DNA of 64,000 nt from Phyllosticta citribraziliensis (lineage: Eukaryota): the NCBI RefSeq assembly GCF_038025025.1, contig NW_027117339.1, forward strand, positions 744,001-808,000, written 5' to 3'. Positions 34,795-46,974 of the stretch are shown here, piece after piece. Numbering within the stretch: position 1 is the first letter of the stretch; every line of letters begins with the position of its first letter. The notes below the pieces were generated by a model that made no database searches, was not told the origin of the DNA, and saw only the letters and a list, made by a program, of their open reading frames with translations. The translations under genes and the position numbers were made by a program.

Positions 34795-35700
34795 ATGGCT
34801 TATCGAGTGCCTGCGGCTCGCGCTTTGCTTCCCAAACTGCGGTCGGCTCTGCGCGACTTTACCTCGTCGCCCTCGACTTTTCGCATCGTTCACACCATTA
34901 ACCCCACCGAGCATTCTCCCAAGACACTCTACATCCTCGACTCGTCTTTCAACCCACCATCCGTCGCTCACATGTCTCTCGCAACCTCTGCCCTCAGGTG
35001 GCCGGACTCGAAGAACCCCGAGCCTCACCGTCTGTTGCTCCTGTTCAGTACGCACAACGCCGACAAAGCTCCCAGCCCGGCTAGCTTCGAGCACAGGCTA
35101 GCCATGATGTCACTTTTCGCCGAGGACCTGCGTTCTGAGATTCAGAAGACTTCAAATCAATCCTCTTCGCCCTGGGAAGGCATTTCTGTCGACATTGGGC
35201 TCACGAAAGCTCCCTACTACACCGACAAGACTGCCGCAATCACTTCTGCGCAGCCGAGCCCGTACCCCAGTAACCCTACTCATGTGCATTTGATCGGATT
35301 CGATACTGTAACGCGTCTCCTCGCACCAAAGTACTACCCCAGCCATAAGCCGCCTCTGTCCGCTTTGTCGCCTTATTTTGAAGCCGGCCACAAAATTCTT
35401 GTAACAATAAGACCTTCGGATCCCAAAGATGCGAGCTCCGCAGCTTTCGGTACCACGGACCAACAAGTCGAGTATCTCGAAGGGCTGGTGAATGGTAGTC
35501 TGGAAGAGGAAGGCTTCAAACGGGAATGGGCAAGTCAAATCAGCCACCTCATCGGACAGGAAGGCGTCGGCGTTAGCTCGACCAGGATACGGAAGTCAGC
35601 GCAGGAGCAAGAATGGACCGATTTGCAAAAGCTGTGCACGCCGGGAGTTGCGGCGTGGGTAAAGGAAATGGGACTGTACGGCCAGCAGCCCATTGCGTAA
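34795..35700 (+). CDS. POF1: Nicotinamide-mononucleotide adenylyltransferase, Pof1-type (cytidylyltransferase-like fold)
   Basis: ILDSSFNPPSVAH (HIGH-like), LLLFSTHNADK, FEHRLAMM, IGFDTVTRLLAPKYY and VSSTRIR. The frame is also open upstream to ATG 34603. Confidence 0.85.
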   Translation: MAYRVPAARALLPKLRSALRDFTSSPSTFRIVHTINPTEHSPKTLYILDSSFNPPSVAHMSLATSALRWPDSKNPEPHRLLLLFSTHNADKAPSPASFEHRLAMMSLFAEDLRSEIQKTSNQSSSPWEGISVDIGLTKAPYYTDKTAAITSAQPSPYPSNPTHVHLIGFDTVTRLLAPKYYPSHKPPLSALSPYFEAGHKILVTIRPSDPKDASSAAFGTTDQQVEYLEGLVNGSLEEEGFKREWASQISHLIGQEGVGVSSTRIRKSAQEQEWTDLQKLCTPGVAAWVKEMGLYGQQPIA

Positions 35701-36185
35701 CCATGTTCAAAAGTGTATCGAATACAAACTCGTATGAATAATGACTTCATTGAATCATAGCTCTTTCCCAGTCAACCGCCCGTCAATGGGTTGGATTCCA
35801 GGCAAGTTCACCTGAACTAGAGAAGCTGCTACGTGCTCGACCTCGTGCGAAATTAAGCGCATGGCAACCACCACCCCTCATGGGCCTCGTGGCACTCGCC
35901 TGCTGGCTGCCAGAAAAGGGAATGGCGAGACTTGACTTCCAAATGCGAAGCCAGGGAAAGACATCCTCGTCAACATCTCAGCATCAACAAACACCAGCGA
36001 GTCCTGTCCTGGACTCCAGTCGATTCGAACGAATCCCGGCGCTTTTGATACCGCTGAAGTTGGATGAATCTCTGGTTCGACGTTGGCTTCTTTCGGTCTA
36101 TGCTCAGTACACGTCCTCTGACGTCCTCTCCAAGACCTCCAGCTCTCTCATTCCGCCGACCATCCCACCTCACTCCTGGGCTACC

Positions 36186-39100
36186 ATGTCACCACCTCCG
36201 CCGTCTGCAGCCGCCGCTGCGGATGCTCTGTGTTGTACCACAGACGACCAGCGCTCGATTGATAGCGAGCCGGAAACTCCCAGGCCTACTGCCTCCAACG
36301 CTCGCCAACGAGTGGAGGGTCCCATCTCGCCGAGGCCCAAAGTCCACTCGTCTCAAAACCCGCAGCCAACTTCGCAGTCAATGCAGCCGGCAGGCTTCCA
36401 CGAGACTGAAGATTCGTCATACCTGGACCCGTCTATTCACGCTGATGGGGCAGATGTCATTGCAGAAATCTTCGCCAACGCGGAGGTTAGCACAGAGCTT
36501 GAGTCTGCTCTGACGAATGGCGCCACGGAGCCTTCAAATGCGGAGCTCCTGCCGGCTGAACGCACGGCCAAGAAGCAGAAGCGAGTAGCCGGACGAGCCA
36601 CCAGCATGCTTTTCCTGCGCCACCACATGCGGCACGCAGAGCCCGATGACAGCGTCGACTCGACTTCCAAGAGCCACGACAGGGCCGAAGACGCCATCTC
36701 CGGCGACGAAGCCACGCGAACTGGCAGGAGCAAAGAGCGAGGCAAGACGTGGGGCAAAGTCAAGCGATTGACGCGAGATCTAAGCCGCAGCAGCATGAAC
36801 TTGCTCATGCTGAAGAAGGCCGGCGAGGAAACGGACAAGGAAGACAACGACAAACCCAAGAAGAAGAGGGCAAAGTTGAAGAAAGAGTGCAGTTCGAGCG
36901 GCAGCGGCAGTGGCCAAGGCCTGTCCACAACTCCGGGCACTGATGGCGCCGATGGTCCCGGGACAGAGCTTCACGTGTTGGTCGAGACTTCGGTTGAGGT
37001 CTTGGTGCAGCCAAGTACCGGGGAGGGAGAAGCTGGACACCAACCGAGTCACCATGTTCGTCAATCAGACAAGGAGATTCGTGTTCGAAGCCCCACGGCG
37101 CTGGACTATCACTACGACAGCGATGCCACAAGTTTGCCTGAGATTCGAGACAGTGTCGTCGAGAGATTGACGCGAGCAATGACGCAGGAAGAGGGGACAC
37201 TGGAGGAAAAGGAGACGTTGGTGAAAAAGGAGAGAGCCAGCGTCGAGATCAAGGCGTTGATCGGGGAATCTGGCAAGACACCGGGAGACTCCAAGTTCAG
37301 GTGAGTATTGTTGACCTTCTCGCGAATGTCTTGAACCCGATTCCACACATTACCTACCAAAGCATGCTAACAACGCCTTTCCTGCCAGCATAAACCCATT
37401 TGAGCTCGCTCTTCCTCGCTCTCTCACCTTTTCGGACCTGCGTGATCGTCTCAGCGGCGTCAGGCTGAGCCTCTCCGACGACTCGCGCCCGTCAGACCCT
37501 TCCACCGGCACGACGGAGTCGAGTGGAGGTGCAGCCTCGGATACTGCATTCCTGCAGGCAATGAAGACGCACATGGTCAATGAATACGTCGCACCGGCTA
37601 TCCAGCAAAGCTCGGCCGCCGAGGTTGAGGATGGCTCGAATGAATCAGGTATTTGGACATTGCCCAACTTCTTGGTTGCAGAGATCTTTCCCCCTATTCC
37701 AGACTTCCAAGGCAAACAAAAGCGCCATTGGTTGCATCCTAGGTACTGACACCATATTAGAGAAGCAGAATTCTTCCGATTCTGCGTCCAAATGCCCTGG
37801 CGACTATTTTCGCGAAGCCAACGACCAGAGATTCGCAAATTTGGCTGCGTCTTCCCGCGTCGACAGCACGGCCTCGACCCAAGCCAACTCGAGCTCTGGC
37901 TACCATGTCTCTTCCACTCCCTGCAAGTTTAATTCGGTCCACCCTTTGCCAAACCACGAAAGGACGCAAAACTCGCTTCTGCAGCCGCCGAAAGAGGCCC
38001 AGCGCGATGGCGACGCTGCGAGCGTGCACTTGGACCTCATGCGCATCCGCCAGCATCTTCGTAGCGACTCGTCGCTGAGCAGCACGACGGACCTGCACAG
38101 GTCAATGGGGCCGCCAAGTGACAGACACAGCGCCGTGAACAAGTACGTCTACGAAGGGCAAAATGGAAAGAGAGACCGCGACGCAAACGCGTATCCGTTC
38201 CGGCGCCTCGCCCACCACAACGCTGGCAGTGCCAGTAACTTGCAGGCTCAGAAGCCGTCGACGGCGATGGATGATAGTCAACAGCAACAGAGCGCCGCCA
38301 ACGACGGCTCCAGCGTCCAAATCCATCCTGACGTCGGACTCGGCTTGGCCATGTTCCCTGACCTGAGAGACGCGGCACACATGCCACCGCCGCCGATTCC
38401 GCCTTCACGCGTGCGCGGTGACCGTCGCACGTCGACGTCGTCGTCGACCAATGCCAGCGCCCTGACGGGCTTCAACAGTTCTAGAGTCCCGCCCGCGTGG
38501 GGCCACGTCCTCAGCAATGTGCCGACACACGCAAACTCGACGGCCATGCACAGCCGCCAGGGCAGCGGCGGCAACGCCAGTCGGTACGCCGGGTCGTCCG
38601 TGTACTCCAGCCGCTACGGCGGCGCCACGGGCTCCGGCGTTGGCTTTGGATACGGCGCCCACGGCGGACAAGGAATGACGGGCGCTACGGGAAAGGCGTA
38701 CGAACCGAGCAGCGTCTACTCGACACGCGCGAATAGCCCGAGTCTGGATGGTAGCGAGAGCGGTGTCGGGACGGGCAGCGGAACGCCGCAGCCTAGCGTG
38801 TTCAGCGGCGTTGCGGAGAGTGGCACTGGCACTGGCACTGGCAGTCAGAGCGGCAGCGGTATGAGGAAGAGTGGGTACGAGATTTTTGAGATGCCGAAGG
38901 ACTTGGATGAAAGTGAGGAGGAGACGAGGGACGAGCAGACTGTTGTTGACAGGGTCAATGCCGACGAGAGTCGTATGCCAGGCGCGTATCCCCCTACTCC
39001 TGGCCCATTTGACAGCGTCGAAACGGAGGGCGAGGCCACCGACACATTTGACCAGGATGTGGACGCCGACGGCAAAGAGCAGAGGCAAGAGTGTGGATGT

Positions 39101-41731
39101 GAAAGCCCAAGCGAGATCAGCGTGTACGAGACACCAGACACAACGGCCGTGGATCTTCACGATCCGCCCCCTGAGTCTGCTCCGTCGCCGACGGCCATCA
39201 TGATTCAATGTCCACAATCGCCGCCGCCAGGCGAGCGGACGCCTCTCCAACCCAAAAGCGTCAAGAAGAACCGCTCGGCCATGAACCTGCTTGGCCTGCA
39301 AAACGCGCTCAAGCCTTCGCTCGAGCACCGCGAGTCGCGCCGCAAGTCTGTCGGCGCCAAGTTGAGCGGCTTCAACATTTTCCGCAGCAAGACCATGTCG
39401 AACCTGCGCCGCGCCGCCTCGCTCGCCCGCGCCGGGGCTCAGGAGGCTAATGAGGATGTGGAGAAGACGCCTCTGGCGCAGTCCGAGGATAGGCTTGACG
39501 ACTCCGAGGCTGCGGACTCCAAGGACTTGGCCGTCGATGGTCCTACTGACCGCCGTGGCTCTGCTGGTACCCAGGCCCTGCGACACGGCGTCGAACGTCA
39601 TGATAGGGGTCGAGAATACGATGACTACGACGATGATGATGAGCGCCGCCATCATCATCACCACCATCACCATGACTCGGCTGCCCGTGACGCCGATCCA
39701 GTGCCCTTGGAAGACCGCAAGCCTGGTCACCGGTCTCGCATCCGCGATTCGCTGAGTCCAACATCGGGCTCCGCAAACCAAGCAGCAATGTGGGAGAGGG
39801 CGCTGCAAGTGCACCGCGAAGAAAAGAGCGCACTGTTCCTGAGCCCAGAGAAGGGTGGAAAGGCAAAGTCACAAAGCTTGTTCCGCGAGCGCAGCGGCAG
39901 CGGCTCTGCGCTAAGAGCAAAGCCCATCGATGAGAAGCAGGATGGGCAGAAGAGGCCTAGAAGCACCGAGCCGCCCTCGAATGCGTGGAGCGGATTTGGC
40001 GGATTTGGCGAGAGGGGAGAGAGTTCCCAGGCTGGGGCGAAGTTCCGGCGGTCAGAGACCGTTTTGCTGGATCCATTGGATTCTGACCTCGGCAAGTCAA
40101 GGCCGTCGCTGCATGCTCCTGCTGGCAGCAAGAAGGGCAAGACTGCGTTCTTGGGAGACGAGCTGAAAACGGGCCATGTCCCTGAAGCGGCGTCGATCTC
40201 GCCCTGCACGTCGCCTGCTCCTACCCCTGACGACGAAGCGCCGCTTGCCAGGGCGAGGACTTGGGATGAGGCTGATGCGTCTGCCATGAACTTGGGCGAC
40301 CTGGGCGCGTGGAGCCGTTACCCTTCACACACGCGCGACGTGCGAAACAACAGCGCGGGCCACACGGACGAGGTGCACACGCGGGACTTTGCATACGAGA
40401 TCCGGCTCTCCGAAATAGCAGAGTCGGAAGACGGTGGCGAGACGGGCGCTGGCGACCAAATGTCGCGCTCGCCCACGGGCTACAAGCGCGTCGGCACGTT
40501 GGGATCGGCCAGCTTCAAGCGCCGCGGCAAGAACAAGTCATCGCGCGGCAGCCTGCCCAAGAGCAAGAGCATGACGTTCGGCCGCAGCTTTCTGAAGCAC
40601 TACATTGGCCTGTTTCGCAGTCAGAGCGAAGAGTTTCGTCGCCATGGCCATGGGCATCGCAGCAGTGTCGCCGAGGGTGGAATTTTGGAACATCCTGAGC
40701 TGGAAATCTTGCCGCCTGTTTGGAGCCCGGCGCCGATTATGCTGGAGCCGGTGCCGAGGGAGAGTGCGGAGGTTGAGGCGGGACACGCCGTCATCAAAGG
40801 GGGTGGTGATGGGGCTGGGGACGAGAGGGAGCAGGATCAAGATCAGAACAAAGGCGAGCAATTGGTCCAGGAGGGCCATGCGATTGGAGGTGAAGAGAAG
40901 GGGAATTCAGCGCAGGAATCTATCCTGGATGAGAACAAGCCCGACAACAAAGTCGAATTTGAGCTGCCAGAAGCGTCAAACAAGCTGTCGCGGCTGGAGC
41001 GGAAGACTGGCTCGTCAGAAGCCAGCTGGAAAGCAGATGCCCGGCTCTGGAGCAAGCTGTGCAACTCGGAGAGCATGAGCCCACTCGGCGTATCGCAGGA
41101 AAGCCTGGTTGAGCACGGGGTGTCCTCAGTACCGCCATACGACCGCAAGGCAGAACGGTCGTCGGAGTGGCAGAGAAATGTGCGGCTCTGGACCTGCCTT
41201 GCGGACCGCAGTCAGGAGTTCAACGCTGCAGTTCAACACGAAGCAGAGGCCTCGCATCTCCGAGACACAGACCTGGATGTCAACGATGCGGTCGACTTGA
41301 CGAATCGCGCGCCCGGCTCTTCCGAGTACGCCAATCAGTCCACTTCGCCACTGCCACGTAGCTCGGACGAATGGCGCCGTGATGCTCGTCTCTTCTCCCA
41401 GATGTACGAGTCGTGCGTTGGTCTGCCGCAGTTTGGCAGCACGGAAGACGTCAACGCCAACGGCAGCGCGATCAAGACTGGCGAGCAGCACCGCTACCAG
41501 CATGTCAAAAATAACAGCTCGTCTGGGCTTCGCGCTGCGAGCGCGGGTGTCATCGATGGGCTCGTCATGGGCCGCGAGAATGCGCACCCGGCTAGCGCGG
41601 CCAGGTGGAGGACTCTGTCTGGAGGCGATGCTGCCACGTATGGCGGACCGGGACACTTCAAGAACGAGAGTGCCGTCAGCATGGCGAGCTTGAGGAGGTC
41701 GACTTGGGACATGATGAAGGTGTTGGACTAA
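36186..41731 (+). CDS. Large (~1800 aa) largely disordered fungal protein of unknown function
   Basis: Introns 37301-37388 (GTGAGT..GCTAAC..CAG) and 37649-37760 (GTATTT..CTGAC..TAG) join ORFs 35880, 37561 and 37580 in frame. Conserved-looking islands WERALQ, AWSRYPSHTR and LEHPELEILPP. Confidence 0.7.
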
Positions 41732-42141
41732 TGTAGGTTGGTTGTGTTGTTTTTTGGTGGTCCAGGTGGGAGGAGGTCGAGGGACGGGAAGATGATAGTT
41801 GGCATGGCAGTCGTTGCTATTGCTATGCGGGATTCTGCATTTGTTTTCAGCGGTCGTGGATTGGTTGGTACTGGAGGCTTTGGGTGCATTTGTATACAGG
41901 AGCAATGGATTAGATGTCGCATTTCAAGTGAGGTGAGGTTGGACTGTGATGTCAGAAGCCGTTGGTGGTTGTGTAGGACTGCAGCCAATCAGCGGCCGTC
42001 TGTGTGGATTGGTTTCGGCATTGTGGGTCGTTGTCGCTCGCCGCATCTGGGGGTGTCCTAGCGTCCGGTCGACCTCCACACCACACCACTACCGCAGACA
42101 TCACGGTCATCAATCGATCCCGTCCAGATCCAGTTGCAATC

Positions 42142-42930
42142 ATGTCGACGCCAGCGCGAGCTGCTACCAAGTTCAAAGTACGCCTACACCTCCTGCACCC
42201 GAGACCCAATCCCCGCACACAGTTTCACTCCCGCCGCTCGGCCGGCCTCCCGATGATCCTCCACACGCTCCCCCACGAATTGGCCGCGCCTCCACCGACG
42301 ACTAACCCAACGCCTTGTTTTTTGAACAACAGAAATACACGGTGCAACCGACGGGCGTGTGGCGCCTCATCAACCGCATCTTCGCGACGGACCCGAACCG
42401 CAGCTCGGGCGTGCCGCTGAACCCGCAATACCGCAACCCGCCGCCGGCGGCCGTCGACCCCAACGCCTACGACGACCCGGTGACGCTGCCGGCGGGCGAC
42501 ATTGCCGAGAACCCGTACTGGAAGCGCGACGTGCGGCGCCGGTACCCGCGGCTCAGCGCCGTCAAGCAGGCCGACGTCGTGGGCCTCCTGACCGTCGGCA
42601 GCAAGCAGCAGGAAAAGGTCGAGCTGATTGGCGAGGCTGGCAAGAACAAGCTGGTCGCTGTCAAGGACGAGGGCGAGAAGGGCGGCCTCGCGGCGTATTT
42701 GCAGAAGGAGAAGAGTGCCGCTGCTGGTGTCTTGGGTCCGAATGGCTTGCCTCCTCTCCCCAGCGGCTTGCATCCGGATGACACGTCGGCCCTTGGCGTG
42801 AGGAAGTACGATTTGCTCAAGGAGCAGAGCTATGAGGGAAAGTGAGTGGCGTGACACCCTTGACGAGTCTCTGCGGTGGAGTTGGATGTTTGCTGACGAC
42901 TTCAGGTACCCCTGCCGTATGTTTTCTTGA
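42142..42930 (+). CDS. Mitochondrial complex I 21.3-kDa accessory subunit (NUZM/NUO-21.3a type)
   Basis: Introns 42178-42332 and 42842-42905. Motifs KYTVQPTGVW, DPNRSSGVPLNPQYRNPPP, DIAENPYWKRDVRRRYP and C-terminal YPCRMFS*. Confidence 0.88.
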
Positions 42931-43289
42931 ATGCGTGGCGTAAGGCTAGATTGCCTGCGGGCATGTAGACTGGGCAAACATTGGCCAGAAGGCCTCTTTT
43001 TGCGAGCGATTAGATCAAAGCGTGAATTGAATTTTTGCATCCGTGGCCATGGACTGTGTACTGTAGGTACTAGAGAAGAAGTCGAGGAATCTCGATTCCG
43101 AATGTCACGGTCCAAAATCATCCCATCAAGTCATACTAAATGGCATATTCTTATTGTACCTGGTGCTGCGCTGTGGATGTGCAGGCAGCCTCCACCAGCT
43201 TCGGGTTCCAGTGCTGTCATTCACGCGACTTCCTCTCTCAAACTTCGACTTTTCACCATCAACACCCGGACGCCCCTCTACCGCAGACC

Positions 43290-45714
43290 ATGACGCCACG
43301 CCGAGAATCACCTCAAGAACCCAATGCGCTCGAGGTCATCTTCACCTGCGACATCTGCCAAGCGAGCATCGCCGACCTCTATCGCAACGACGACGCCGCG
43401 ACAGACTTTCAAGATGGCCGCTCAGAAGGCTCCGACCGGCGCATCACCAGTCTATGGCTCACGTCCTGCATGCACCTTACTTGCGCCAACCACCTTGAAG
43501 GCGGCGGTGAGTTTGGCCCTCATCTCGCCCTCAATCGGCACCCTCGTTGCTAAGAAGACGTGACAAAGGCGCGCCATTCCACCCCCAAGGCGAGCATCCG
43601 CGAGCCCCGTGCCCGTTTTGCGTCACCACAGACAAGGACGACAGCCCCAAGAAGCTGTACGCTGTCAGAGGTTGGGAAAAGGGCTCCCACGATGCCGCCA
43701 TTCCCGACGTCCTCTTCCAGGCGCCGCCGATGCAGCTCGACGGCCAGGACATGAGGATGGAGGCGCTCAACGTGCGGAATCTCTCGCCATCTACTGGATC
43801 TCTTGCTCACGGAAACAGTTCCAATACCAATCGCTCCTCCGCTACGGCACTGCTGCGCGCGCAAAGTACCACGGCGTAGAAGAGGCGAGGCGCAAAGCAG
43901 CCGCGGACGCGAAGCACTCGCAGACGCAACATGATGCGCTGCTCGCCGAAAATGACGACTTGAAGGCACGCGTGGCGGGCTTGGAGAAGGATGCGGCCAC
44001 TGCTGCGAAGTGGTCGGCAAAGATGCCGCAGATAACACACTATCTGGGCCTCTGGCCCAAAGCGATGGAGTTGGTCGATCATCTTGGCCTTGTTGCGGTG
44101 TGCTAATGGGTATGCAGTGAAATCGAATCGCTACGGAGGCAGCTGCAGCAGCTGGGATATGCTGTCCCGAGACATGACTACTCCATGAAGGCTGTTCAGA
44201 CTGCGAAGAGTAATGCGGTGAGAGAGCCTGCAGAGCTGCAAGGTAGGTAGCACAATGCTGGTCTCTATAATTGAACTGATCTTTGTGCAGATTTACCCTC
44301 CTCGGAGAGTTCCAACAGGAAAAGAAAACGATCCCCAGCGCCAAAAGGTGCCATGCCTCCGCCAAAAGGGTTGCGTGGAGGTGATCATCCTGAACTACTG
44401 AGTAGAAATACCTTCAAAGAATACAGTGAACGAGCAGATCCAAGGAGCATTCCGACGCGCCATCAGCCGCGAGGCAAAAGTTACGACGAAAATGGTGCGT
44501 GGAAAAATCTTGACCACGAAGCCGGGGAGGCGAATTTGTTGGCCGCCAATGCAGGCCGTCAAAGAGCTCTGGATGAAGAGTACACGATGAGCGGAGCCAA
44601 TCCACAAAGATCGCCTCAAGCAAGTCACTTGCAAGCAAACCCGGCCACACAAGCTCCACGTCGACATCACAAGTCGGACGAATCAACTCACAGGCCAGCC
44701 CGTTTACATATTCCGGAAACCCCACGCATAGCAGCCCGAAAGCACAGTTTGCACACGGGTAGTCCAAGTCACGCGTATCAAAATGGTGTCTCTGAAAGGC
44801 AACTCCCGGAAGAGAATCCACGGTCTTCGAGATACTACGAACAACCCAATCCAGACACGCAGCGCGCGGGTCGATCTCAAATCGGAAGGGTTCAAAATTT
44901 CGTCCAAGCAAAAGAGAAGTTTCAACACGGATCGTATAGCAATCGTCGCCCCCTCGACGTTCGAGAGCCCCTACCTGGATACACCACACCCATGCCTGGA
45001 AAGATGCGCGCTCCTGGTAGTGTCCACCCTTCAAAAAGCGGCTCCAGTCCCTTCTTTCAAAGAGGTCACCATGAGACAAGCTCCGCTATGCCAGGACTGT
45101 CTGCGAATGCACGCATTGGATCGGTAAGCAAGAATATGCAAAACCTACGGATGACGCCCGCTCAGCAAGGATGGGACAAACCTCGCACTCTGAACGGCCT
45201 CTCCTTTATACAAGATCCACGCGGCACTTCCAACGAACCTCTTCTCCAATACCGACAATCAGACGCTCGCAATTCCGGCTTCGAAAACTACAGCACGCAA
45301 GCTGGCGCCGTCAGCCGCACAGAAGACGGCTTCTTCAAACGCCCAGAGCGCCCACAACAACGCCTATCGTCGTCCTACTTCCAAAACGCCCCTGCCCCGG
45401 CAGCGCCCACCCGACTGTCGTCTTCGTTCCAGCACGCCTCACGATCTCAGCTGCAACCGCCGCCGCCGTCGGCGTTGCGCGACCCGCGCACCGTCCCACA
45501 ACCACCTCCTGGCTTCGCAGACCGCGAGGCGCTGCGCATCATACAGGGCCCTTCTTCGCGGCAAGCCGCTGCCGCCACGCCGTCTTTTTACCAACACCAG
45601 ATCTTTGAGCGCGACGGGGCGGAGCGGGGGGCGGGTCAAGCGCCGCCGCCGCCGTTGATGGAGTCGAGGGGACTCTTTTCGTCGGTTGGTGGGCGGAGAA
45701 GTGTGAGGAGGTGA
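43290..45714 (+). CDS. RING finger + coiled-coil protein, Zip3(Cst9)/RNF212-like meiotic SUMO/ubiquitin ligase candidate
   Basis: Introns 43507-43568, 43772-43818, 44070-44117 and 44243-44290 give one frame. CDIC..WLTSCMHLTCANH..CPFC, then a heptad-rich segment and a long S/P/Q/R-rich tail. Confidence 0.65.
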
Positions 45715-46018
45715 TGGATTCTTGTGCTGCTGTTGCTGTTGCATACGTGTAATTCTTGTTCTCGGGTGTCTGGCTTATTACTTGCTTGTGTATTCGCTTG
45801 CGAGTCGCTGTTGGTCAATGGGACTGTGTGCTTCTTTCTGCCATCTGTCATCGCTGGCTATGGTCCCTGTGGATACGCTGCTGGCTCTCTTTGTTGCACT
45901 GCTTGCGTTGCGCACATGTAGGGGAACTGCGCTTGGATGTTGAATGCCGCTCAGACGACGACTATATCTTATCCCGTCGACGTCGCGTAGCCAAAAGAAA
46001 TGGGAGCGGGCTTGATCT

Positions 46019-46437
46019 CAGTGTTGTAAGCAATTCCATAAGATTGCTCTTATTGCTTTATGGCGTTGCGTAATATTGCGTTGCTTAATGCAATTAAGCC
46101 TACTTATAACGCAACGTCAACGCAATTGCTTACTCTTATGGATTACCCTTATTGCCCTTATTACTTAAGGGTTAATTCTAGGGAATTCTGGGAAATCCTT
46201 AGTAGATTAGTAAGATTTTTAGGAAATAATTACTTAATTTTTCTAAGTGGTATCAGCTTTTTCAAAATTCTGCCAGGCGGTAGGAAAATTATATAGGAAG
46301 GTAAATTAAAGTAATATAAGCAATTCCACGCAATCTAACCTCTTCATTGCGCAACGCAATTGACGTAGCTAGTTGCGCTGGGCAATTCCACGCAATCAGA
46401 GTCGATATTGCGTTGCGTTGCGTTGCTTACAACACTG
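46019..46437. mobile_element. 419-bp non-autonomous hAT-superfamily element (MITE-like)
   Basis: Perfect 15-bp TIRs CAGTGTTGTAAGCAA (46019-46033) and TTGCTTACAACACTG (46423-46437). 8-bp TSD CTTGATCT at 46011-46018 and 46438-46445. AT-rich interior with subterminal TTGCG/CGCAA repeats. Confidence 0.92.
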
Positions 46438-46974
46438 CTTGATCTCTCATGACGTGAATGCATTTGGAGCGCTGATTGCTTGGACCTCGGAGGCGCAGGA
46501 CAAGAGTCGCTGAACTTCGACAAGAGAAATGGAAACTGAATAATGTGGACCAGAGCAATAAATACGCCCTTGTTCAAAAGAAAAACTTTTCCTAATGTCC
46601 GCCTGCCCTTTGTGATGGCGAATGCCTGCTGCTGCTGCGTATATGAGGTGCAAATGCCAGTTTGTCACACTCCACCCCTCCCTTGAAAAGCACTTTTACC
46701 CTGCCAAATGTACCTCCTGCTTATATGCCAGTCTGCCAGTGTCCCATCACCAATCATTGCCGCAGATTGTTGAAGAAACCACGCTTCTTCGCAATACTGA
46801 AAGATCTCGCTTGCTCGCTCGCTTCTGTTAAAATGATCAAGCAAAGCGGAAGCGCCAGTGAGACGCCGTAAATCCGCAAACACGTCCTTTGTCTTTTTCT
46901 CTTCATCACCTCTTGATTTTAGTTCCCCCAAAAGCAATCTGCACCACACAACCCCGCCACCCTAAGCAATCCAT

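Noticed and set aside
46060..46296. 78-aa ORF inside the hAT element
   Set aside because: AT-rich chance ORF with no transposase motifs.
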